Shown here one piece after another: positions 53,533 through 64,000 of a stretch of DNA of 64,000 nucleotides. The DNA is from Octopus sinensis. Lineage: Eukaryota. The number at the start of each line of letters is the position of its first letter. Position 1 is the stretch's first letter. A program made the translations under genes and the position numbers. Location of the stretch: contig NC_042997.1 of assembly GCF_006345805.1 (NCBI RefSeq), forward strand, positions 47,926,001 through 47,990,000, read 5' to 3'. A model generated the notes under the pieces. The model was not told the origin of the DNA, did not search any database, and was given only the letters and a program-made list of their open reading frames with translations.

Positions 53533-54085
53533 AATGCCCTGATGCAGTGCCAGGCAGTGGCTCTCATGTCTTCTGATCTTAACTGATTGAAAGTGTTATC
53601 ATGTACATTGTTTTGCCTTGGTATAAAAGATGGGCTACAGCAAATATTCAACTCTATACCACAGATTTGCTTGTCAGTTGTTTGACTTTAACCAGTTGAG
53701 CATGTCCTTTAGTGTCTGACGATATGTGCATCTCTGATCACGAGCAGAAGTAGTGGGGGAGCAATCATAGCCATGTGTTAAAAGGAATCCTTTGGCGTTT
53801 GAGTAATTCACCTTTGGAAACAAGGGTGGCTTGTTCAACATCCTGAAACAACCCTTATTCAGAGACCTTTTGAGCCAGATGGGCTACTCTACCAGAAGAA
53901 AATTCTAACTTGGCCCCCACCTGCAATGTCATGCGTTGTTTATCTTGATCACCATGTCGTGCTCATATGGTTGTGATATATGTGCCTCATTTACCTTTAT
54001 CAGACGAGTAGTCATGATGTGTATACTGAGCTTCGTATATTTTATCCCAGTGTCACTTTGTAGTCATGCACTGCTCTCTCATTCA
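53533..54085 (+). mobile_element. Family D interspersed repeat, inserted in (TAA)n
   Basis: Inverse copy of 21095-21638; TAA repeats on both sides. Confidence 0.85.
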
Positions 54086-54402
54086 ATAATAATAATATAA
54101 AGAAGAAGGAGAATGATTTCATTTATTTGCAACAGAGGCGAAAGATGGGGCGGAGCAATACCGAGACAAACAATAAAGTTTAGGGGTTTACATATAATGA
54201 AGTGCGAAAAAGGAAAGTAAGTATACACGGTATACACTGAAAAACAAGGGACATATGCATAGCATATACAGGTTTAGAAAAAGGTGTCGGGGTTGATGAT
54301 GATGAGGAGGAGGAGGAAGAGGAGGAGGAGGAGGATGGGCATTATGATGATGATGATGATAATGATGATGATGAAAATAATAATAATAATAATAATATAT
54401 AT

Positions 54403-54436
<34 letters not shown>

Positions 54437-54912
54437 CCATCCATCCATACTGTCACTATAGATGTATGGGTGTTTGTCTATATGTGTTTTGACAGTGTAT
54501 ACGTATGTTCCTATAACTATGAGTCTATTGTGACATATCTTTATTTTCAAATTAAATCTGTCTATTTTGATCGAAGATTATAATTTGTATAGGGCTGTAA
54601 ATTCTTAAAGATATTGAAAATGTATTTATATAATATATTACGAAGGAAACTCTTGATGAATTATATAAAGTATTAGATTATCAGCATTATTGTATTTTTT
54701 GGTCCCGGTTTGTATATTATTGGAAAGTTTTAGGCTTAATATAATTACTTGTTTGTTTCATTATATTTCATAATAGAACAAATTTCTTTTCATAATATTT
54801 AATAAATTTAAAGACATATAGGTAAAACTATGAATAGTCATTAATCTTTTTGAAGTGAAATGTAATTTACGAAATGAAATTTCCATCACATTGCAATAGT
54901 CATATATATATA

Positions 54913-54986
<74 letters not shown>

Positions 54987-55005
54987 GTGTGTGTGTGTGT
55001 GTGTG

Positions 55006-55038
<33 letters not shown>

Positions 55039-55086
55039 TTTATATATATATACATATATTATATATATATATTATATATATATGTA

Positions 55087-55118
<32 letters not shown>

Positions 55119-55121
55119 AAC

Positions 55122-55160
<39 letters not shown>

Positions 55161-55404
55161 TATATATATAAACATTTATATATATATATAGGTGGTGCTA
55201 TTAAGTTAGACATGGCCTGGGCCAATAATGGCCGAAATCTATCAAAGTATCAAAGTATATATATGTATATATATACACTTATGTATACTAGTTTGGTACA
55301 TCACAACCAAATCATTTGAAATATAAATACTGCACGCTTGATTTTCATTTGTGATAACTTGATTCGTTCAGGATTACGGGCTTTTTATTTTTATTGCCGA
55401 ATGA

Positions 55405-55790
55405 TGCAGGCGTGGTAGTATGGGAAGAAGTTTCTTCACAACCACATGCCTCCGGGTTCAGTCCCGATACGTGGCTTTTTTCTTTCTTATACTGGCAAGT
55501 GCCGTATATTGCAGCTCCAGGGGGACTCAAATTTTTTGAGTGGATTTGTTGAACGGAAACTGAAAGAAGCATGTTTATTATATGTGTTTGCGTCTGTGTA
55601 CGTTTGATTATGTCTATCCCCACCACCGCTCGACAACCGGCGTTGGTTTGTCTATTCTCCGTATATAGCGGTTCGGCAAAGGAGCATCGTTAGAAATAGT
55701 AGAAGGCTTAGAAAAATTTATAAGGCGTCCACTAAACCTTCCATAGCGGTGTCTCAGCATTACTGCATCTAAGGACTGAAAAGTTAAATA
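55405..55790 (+). mobile_element. SINE family C, degenerate
   Basis: gcaggcgtggtagtatggg...ccgggttcagtccc...gagtggatttg...gcggttcggcaaa. Confidence 0.75.
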
Positions 55791-58219
55791 AGAAAAAATA
55801 ATTGTATTTAGGTTTCATGCGTGAATATATATGTGTGAGTATGGGCGTGTGTTGTGTGGACACACACGCACACAAATATATATATATGCAGGACTTTATA
55901 AAGGTGTTTCTGTGAGTGTGTTTGTGGAGTGCACGAATTGATATATATATATAAGGCTGTATTTCTGTCTGTATGTCAACTAAATTTTACTGACAAATAT
56001 GTGTGTGTGTGCGCGCGCGCGTGTACTCGCGTGTGTGTATGCAAGATTTTATGTTGTTGTGCACAGATTGTAATCTTTTGACCTTTCATCTCTCTTCTCC
56101 ACTCAAATTCTTTCTGCCATTGTCTGTTTTTATGAGCCCAAGGCTTAGAAACTTGCTCTGCTTAGCCCACATCAACATACACCTGCGATTTATCTACTTC
56201 TCGATCCCATATGTATGTGTGAGAGTGTATATGTCTGTGTGTGTGTATGCATTTATGTATATTAATAGGTATGTGCCCGTCCACACAAACACAGACACAC
56301 ACACTATAATCCTTTTAAATATAATTTATGCTACCTTTCTGGTAGCCAAGGTTTTTAGCTGAGAGAAACCAACATTTATTCCACTAAAAGTCAAATCACA
56401 AATGACACTCCCTTTCAGTAGTCTGTAACGTGTGATACAAAATCAAGTGTATTGCGACCCTTTGATGTCATCAGAGATGCTTTTCATCCATGTTTTTTGT
56501 AGAAGGAAATAATCATTGAATGATAGTAGTTTTTTTTATTTGTTTACTTCTTTGTAGTCCATCATAAAAGTTACAATATTTAATTTAAATAACCATGCGA
56601 TGTTAAAAGAACAGTCGGAGATTTCTAATAGGAAATTAAGAGGTATAAAATGAGAATGGAGAACAGAAGTTGAGGAAAGCCAGGTGAAAATAAATGCTAT
56701 AAAAGCTGGTATAAAGTTAATATATGAAAAACATAATTATTGTAATTAAATAATTTATTGCATCAACGAACGTAGAAATGTAGGGACTGTAAATATATTC
56801 CAATTTGTATATGTATGTTGTGCATGTGTGTATGTGTGTGTGCGTGTGTGTATTGTCGAGCATAAATATGCATATTGTCACTTGATTCTGATTTTTCCCT
56901 CTTGTACGGTAACTGGAACAATGCTATACGATAGTTTAAATAGTTATTAATATTCTGCATGGGAAATTGTGATGTTGTTGCATTTGGATTCAATAATCGA
57001 TGCAATTAATTCATAATTCTATTTTACCGATCTCAACACCTATGTTGCATGTTGGCATGATTGCTGGCGGAAAATAAATTAATAACACCTAATTTTATAA
57101 ATAACCTCTGTTTATATAAATTTTATTTTTATGTGTTTTGTATTGCACGCTGAACATGTGGGCTACTCATCGTGATTATATTATTTGTCATCATTAATTA
57201 CTAGTAATTAAAAATATCTTCCGAATAGGAAATAAGAAATGCGAACTGGGGTGTTGATTTTTAAGTTGCGTGCAAACAAAGACTTCAAATTAGAACATTT
57301 TTTTTTTCTTTTCTTCGGGAATATTGCTGATTTAATTTTTTTTAAGAAGTAATGGATTCTATGTATGAAACTATTTAGGTACATTGAAAATTCTTATCTC
57401 ATCTGGCCAAAATCATACAACATTTAATCTCACCCTTGTACATTCCAATTTCATCTTCGTCTTACATATCTCCAGATATATTTTCTTGAAATATTCAAAT
57501 GAAATTCTGATGGCATTAAATACGATATTTTCTTATATGTGTTTCTTGATAAATATTTCAATATGGTATGTTTTAGTTAATCAATTCTCGATGAATATGT
57601 CTAGCATTCTCTGAAATACATCATATTCTGTATCAATATGACGGTAAATACAAATTGCCCTGGAGTTTTGGTGTTGGAAAATAGTGAATGTTGTCTATTT
57701 CATATTGCATTTATCAAAAGTGTGATTTTGATGGAACTCATAGCATCTTCTGTCATCTATGGAACTTTATTATACCTTTCAATTAAGAACAAGGAGAATA
57801 CGCACGCGCAAACTGTGAAGAAACTAATCACGATGATGTTCCTTCAAAATCAACGGAGCACTAATTTAATGACACTTTTGATGTTGAGACACAACGGTTA
57901 GGCTGTGATATTTATACATATTCGCTGTTTCCTATACATGGCGAGGCACGAATTTCATTTAAGCAGGTGACAATCGTATCCGCATTCACTAGTTTCTTCA
58001 AGAGTGAAAAAGATCTTCCGTTCTTGTAATGTCCGTCTCCCTAGGATACATTGCAATTTTAACAACTAGATTACAAAGAGATTTTAACTCAGATTTTCCA
58101 CGGCTTCATGCTTTCTAACGCTGTATATGTATATACAGTGCTACACAGTTTGGTGTATATATATATATATATAGGTCTGTGTCTGTGTGTGTGCGCGTGT
58201 GACTATGTGTGTTTGTGTT

Positions 58220-58250
<31 letters not shown>

Positions 58251-59422
58251 GGTGTGACTGTATGTATGTGTATGTTTGTAGGAATTAATGATGTTTGCAT
58301 TCAGTAAGTTGAAGTTACATCTTAGGAAACAAGTATCGACTGTGATATTTGAAGTCACGCTCAGCTCTAACCTGATAAGCAAATTCGACTCCACTAAACG
58401 TTAAAAAGTCCCACCACCAGTAAATATTTGTATTTTTTCTTACATATTCTTTCACAGTAAAAACACAGAATAATTATGTCTGTTTGTCAGTGCGTATGCG
58501 TGTGTGTGTGTGCGTGTAGAAGTATGTGTGCGTATGTGTATAGATGTACGTGTGCGTGTGTTAATGGGGTGTTTGTGCATGAGTAATTGTCAGTTTCCAA
58601 CGAAGTCCATAACAAGAATCTGGTTTAATTTACATCTTCCACCAGAACTGAACACCTGTATAGAGCTACTACATATTTTATCAATATTTTCATATCAGTT
58701 TACTCTCACTGTTCAGGAAAGTAACAGTCTTTTGTTTATTTTTGTCTCCTGTATGCTATACTTCATTTTCTCAATTGCTGTACCTTCACACGAATCTCCT
58801 CCAAACTAAAAAAAAATATACACTTCATTTCTTTGATATTGCATGCACAACGGCATTAATTTGTTTTACAAGCAGTAGTGAATGGAATAAAAAAAAATGA
58901 TATCTGTAAATCGGATCATCGACGGATGAAAAATAAATGTACGGAGAGCGTTTGCTTTCATCTGCTGCCTATTAACACAGGAATATTAAACAAATATATA
59001 AACCAGTTCGATTTCCCTTGAGAAAGAGAAGTGTCCAACACTTTGGATGGAAAAAAGATGATAGCAAGCTTTTTATGTTCTAACAATTGAACAGTAGAGG
59101 AGGAAAAAAGATAAAAAATAAAACTAAAGAATAGAACCTTGTAAAAGTATAGCAAAGGAAATTAACGAGAAAATACTCAACCAAAATTTAATAACGAAAC
59201 AAAGAGGACACCATATACTCATCTGTCACAAAGACTTTTCTATTCAATTCAGAGGAAACAAAGAGCAAGATAGAACATGGTAAACTGAAATTTTCGATAT
59301 ATCTACAATGATCGTAGACATATCGAGGTAACCTAATAGTTGAACTTTATACGGGTTGGTAACTAATCAGCATTTTCATTGGATTTTATTATCGCTTAAT
59401 GATGCTTATAACATTTATTTGA

Positions 59423-59490
<68 letters not shown>

Positions 59491-59509
59491 TATTTCTATT
59501 TTCTCTCAC

Positions 59510-59810
59510 TAGTTTCAGCTCAGAGCTGCGGCCATTCTGATGCACCGCCGTTTAAAAATAAATGCGTCCTTTTGAAGCCTAGCCTGGCTCATGGGCCCGG
59601 TTTCCCAGTTTCTATGGCGTATGTGTTCCCCAGCTGGACGGGACGCCAGCCCATCGCAGCGTTACTCATTTTTGCCAGCTGAGTGGACTGGAGGAACATG
59701 AAATGAAGTGTTTCGCTCAAAAAGACAACGCGTCGCCCAGTCCAGGAATCGAAACCACAATCTTACGATCATGGTGCTGACATCGTAACCACTAAGCCAC
59801 GCGCCCCCAC
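59510..59810 (-). mobile_element. tRNA-derived SINE (family B)
   Basis: Minus strand ggcgcgtggcttagtggtta...ggtttcgattcctgg head plus the shared core. Confidence 0.85.
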
Positions 59811-60333
59811 AACTGTTTATTTTATTTTCTCATACATTTGTAGCGTACTAGTTTATTCTTAAATAAAATTGTTGTTGACAGTAACTTCGAAGACTCGACC
59901 AAGTTAAACCATCGTTGGATTGAGGATGGCTTAACATATGTATTCAGTGAGTGGGAGGGAGTGGGAGACAGAGGATCTGTGTGTCTGTGATACATGTTTT
60001 TGTGTGAATATTTGTAAAAGAAGCGTGGGAGGGAAGGAAGCAAGTAGGATTAGCGGCATTTACACATCTTAGTGTTGGTGCGAAATGAAGATTTAAAAGA
60101 AAAAGGCAAAAGTAAAGAGAAAAGTGATGCAAAGCCGAAAATAAAGGGAGAGGGAAATTGAGCTTGATTGTATTAGCGTACTAGAAAATAAAATTGTGTA
60201 TTATACACATGCGTGTATTCAAATACTAACGTGTGTGTGCAGATGTATGCTGATTCACACACTCTCACAGATATTTGTGTGTTTTTGTATATAAGTATAT
60301 ATATGTTTGCATATGAATGTATACATTTATATT

Positions 60334-60383
<50 letters not shown>

Positions 60384-60486
60384 TCCCATTCGTCGGACAG
60401 TTTTGTTAAATAAACCATATTACTCTACCTCCGGTATTTGAGTACTCTTTTTTCCACCTTGTTTCACATTTATGTGTTTACTCCGC

Positions 60487-60558
<72 letters not shown>

Positions 60559-60699
60559 AGTGTGTGTGTAAAGTTGGGAGTAACAACACGAGTAAAAGTA
60601 GAAGGAAAAGAATCTGACAATGCAGGAGTGTTTTAAACGTATTTATTAACTTAACCGGTTTCACTTTACATATATCAACTACACACCCACATAATACTA

Positions 60700-60975
60700 C
60701 TGCTGAGATCCCCTACGGTCATGGGCTGACCATGGGATTGAACCTAGAAAATTACCCTCCCAGGCACAAGTCCGGGCAAGGTTGTTTATGGAAGACCAGC
60801 AGTCGTCCATGCATACCGGCCTCCCTTCCGCGCCGTCGCAACTCATTTCTACAGCTGAGTGAACAGGGGCAGCGTAAAAAAAAGTATCTTGCTCAAGAAC
60901 ACAACACACAGCCCGGTCCAGGATTCGAACTTACGATCGTAAGCCCGACACTCTAACCACTAAGCCATGTGCCAT
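60700..60975 (-). mobile_element. tRNA-derived SINE (family B)
   Basis: Reverse-complement homolog of 14420-14745. Confidence 0.85.
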
Positions 60976-61317
60976 CACTATTCACATATTGATATCTAAT
61001 TATATATGTGTGCGTATGTCTTTTTATATATATGAGCGTGTGTGTGTGTACGCGCGTGCGTGTTGTTTGTATGCGCAAAAGATAAGATCGAAGGACCGAG
61101 GTGTAGGAAAATAGTAGGCTTCGAGCAGCCCGTAGGGGTTATAAAATACAACTTTCAGAAACAATAGTGGTTTTGACGTAGAAAGTTGTGAATGTTTCCC
61201 GTATCGAAGTTCGATAAGCTGAAAAGAAGCTATTTTATCGTTTACGGTTAGCAGCAGGGGTTGCTGTGTATGCGAATAGAAATACAAAATTAGAAATCCA
61301 TGTAAATATATATATAT

Positions 61318-61714
61318 ACTCTTTTACTCTTTTACTTGTTTCAGTCATTTGACTGCGGCCATGCTGGAGCACCGCCTTTAGTCGAGCAAATCGACCCCGG
61401 GACTTATTCTTTGTAACACGAGTACTTATTCTATCGGTCTCTTTTTGCCGAACCGCTAAGTGACGGGGACGTAAACACACCAGCATCGGTTGTCAAGCAA
61501 TGCTAGGGGGACAAACACAGACACACAAACTCACACACACATACATATATACGACAGACTTCTTTCAGTTTCCGTCTACCAAATCCACTCACAAGGCATT
61601 GGTCGGCTCGGGGCTATAGCAGAAGACACTTGCCCAAGATGCCACGCAGTGGGACTGAAACCGGAACCCTGTGGCTGGTTAGCAAGCTACTTACCACACA
61701 GCCACTCCTGCGCC
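61318..61714 (-). mobile_element. SINE family C, full length
   Basis: Minus strand ggcgcaggagtggctgtgtggtaag head, internal (TG)n and a tail ending tgactgaaacaagtaaaagag. Confidence 0.9.
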
Positions 61715-61869
61715 TTTATATATATAAACAATTGCAGCGTGGAAGGTGTTTATAAGCCATTTAAGAAACACACAAAACCGTTCACTTCAACATTTAAATT
61801 TAATTTGTCAAAATATTTTCGTCGCTTTGAGACCGCGACCTACTTTTATCTTTATCTTTTCTCTCACTC

Positions 61870-62079
61870 ATAGAACATGCTGGGCAGGGGCATCCTTTAA
61901 AGTGTTTTAGTCGAACGAATCGACCCAAGTGCTTATTTTTTGAGGCCTGATACCTATTCAATACACACTTTTGCCGAACTGCTAAGCTACTGGACGTACG
62001 CAAATCAACACCCTTTGTCGAGCAGTGGTCGGAAGAAACCTACACACACACACAAGCATACCCACACATCTCACACCTC

Positions 62080-62110
<31 letters not shown>

Positions 62111-62290
62111 CATACATACATACATACATACATACATGCATACATACATACATACATACATACATACATACATACATACATACATACGTACATACATACA
62201 TACATACATACATACGACAAACGTCTACCGATTTCACTCACAAGGCCACAATCTGTTGGTTGATGTGGATCTTTAGTAGAAAAAACTAGC
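61870..62290 (-). mobile_element. SINE family C, degenerate, with expanded (TACA)n
   Basis: Shares ttttgccgaactgctaag and gtctacc...cactcacaagg with 61318-61714. Confidence 0.7.
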
Positions 62291-62649
62291 CCAATTTCCT
62301 TCCTTGGGGACTCAATGCAGCACTGCGGTTTTGAGAATCAAATACGTAAAGAAGCATACAAATAAAACAAGCAAGTTTCTAAAACTTTATTTAAGGTGTT
62401 CAGACAGTCTTTACAAAAGCTTCCGAACTGTAACTTAAACCACTAAGGCTCTGTGTTCAATTTAATTCTTCAAATCACTCCAGTAAATGAAGCCTTATGA
62501 TTCTGTTATATATCATATTTTCATTCATTGTTTCTTCTTGCCTGTCTCAATTTCTCTTGGTATTCCACTCATCATACGGATTTCGCCCTGATATTTCATA
62601 TATCTCTAGATAAAGATTTTGACAGTTTTACTTGCATGTCATTCGAGAA

Positions 62650-63930
62650 GCATGTTGTATTTGCTATTACAGAAACAAGTAGTACATGTTTTGTATTTTG
62701 CTAGGAAATTTGAATGAGTATATGGTATCCTTTTTGTTTCGTTATCTGAAGTGTATCATTTCTTAACATATTCTATGCTTTGTTTTCAGATGGACTATTT
62801 TCCTTTTCTGTGCCACTTGCTGGAGCACTTGGCGGAAAGCCTTTTTAACCCTTGATATTTATTCCATTTCAATTCACACGAATAAAAATCAACCAGCCAG
62901 CCAGAATTTCCTCCATTTTAAGTGACCACTAGACCGCGTAACTTTATGCTTATTTTCCTTTCATTTCCTTTTTCTATTATTGATTCGAATATGCGAAGTG
63001 GTACGTTGGAAGTTTCGTAGACTTCACAGCCTTCTGTACATTGCTGACAATTAGCGGCGGGAAGGATTTAATTCTATTATTTCCACAACATTAAACAAAG
63101 TATAACTAGCAAGCAAAAATTTGCGAGAATATGTGAAAGAAAGCGAGTAGGCAATCCTACCCAATCTGATTCGCATAATTCAGACTGCAATAAATTTCCT
63201 CATAATTTTGTCATGAAACCAGTGTAACTCGCCATAAGTAATGATGAGAAAGCAATTTCTAAAAAATGTCTTCATATCTCTGGGATAGCTGTGTTAGCAA
63301 ATTAGTGATTGGCAAACTTCTAAGCAGGAACATGTCAGACGTTCATCAACATACAAGGGATTTTATTGTAATCCAGCTGGTTTATTAATATTTGGTTCAC
63401 TATTCCAAATTGCGGAATTACATGAGATTAGCTATAATTAGGTCTTATGAAACGTAATGTCGTTCTATGCCATCATCCTGAAGTAATGTACTTTTTTCTG
63501 TATTTCTTTTTCTTTTCTGCTTTTCTTTATTTTTTGTCACTGATAGGATAATGTACTGCGGAACAATATTTCGGACACACTTTTCTGAGTTGTTATTTAT
63601 ATTTGCAATGAACTTCATAAACATACATTTGTTGGAAAAATGTGAAAAGTATAAAAGTAACTCAGAAGCACTGATCTAAATACGAACTTCTTTGCGGACA
63701 AAAATACCTATAAAATAAAAAAAATTCCATGATTTTGAACTTTCAACTGTTGCAGGGATGGCGTGAAACCAAGGCTCAAACTTGATTACAAAACAGTAAA
63801 TCAAAGAACAACAATACTGTCTTCTGAGCAACATCAGTATCAATCACTAGCTCTTATCAGACTTACGCCAAGGAATACTGCTGGTACCTAGGAATGAATA
63901 AGATTCTTATTCATGAGATTTATACAGGAA
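62650..63930 (-). mobile_element. Possible highly decayed DNA transposon ORF (HEEADT/DTDV-type, C-terminal Cys-rich)
   Basis: Scattered frameshifted minus-strand peptides in the expected order: SHE../LIH (~63900), LIRASD/IDTDV (~63840), LAFFHIFS (~63130), GW (~62895), CTTCFC (~62680). Confidence 0.25.
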
Positions 63931-64000
63931 TGACCTAGACACAGAACATATCTATTTAATAAAAGCAAATATTCACAGATTTGCTGAAATAAATTTACTG

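Noticed and set aside
54650-54740. TTGATGA...GGAAA possible decayed hammerhead
   Set aside because: Pairing is weak and AT-only, with no palindromic stem III; not distinguishable from background.

Overview
AT-rich, repeat-dense eukaryotic non-coding DNA. The repeat content (abundant (TA)n/(CA)n/(TACA)n/(TAA)n microsatellites, several tRNA-derived SINE families, R4/Dong and RTE LINE remnants) looks like an octopus/cephalopod genome; this is an inference from recalled repeat families. I can support no intact host gene, and nearly all listed ORFs are microsatellite translations or decayed transposon fragments. Recognisable elements are R4/Dong-like RLE LINE fragments, RTE LINE fragments, a 5'-truncated Penelope-like element (GIY-YIG, probably Naiad clade, ~8350-11905, minus), an internally deleted Helitron (~22150-24400, minus), non-autonomous Helitron/Helentron-like elements, a mariner MITE and about 20 SINE copies. 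The main hidden signal is about 10 complete and 3 partial minimal type-I hammerhead ribozyme motifs (CUGANGA-stem II-GAAA-palindromic stem III-NUH) on both strands. Most sit in short Penelope-terminal-like modules embedded in (TA)n, some flanked by inverted or tandem repeats. One, at 34306-34375, looks fully intact. Hammerheads in Penelope-like elements are known. The density, the variety of stem III palindromes and the local architectures are what deserve a second look. All coordinates were read by eye, and element boundaries are approximate.
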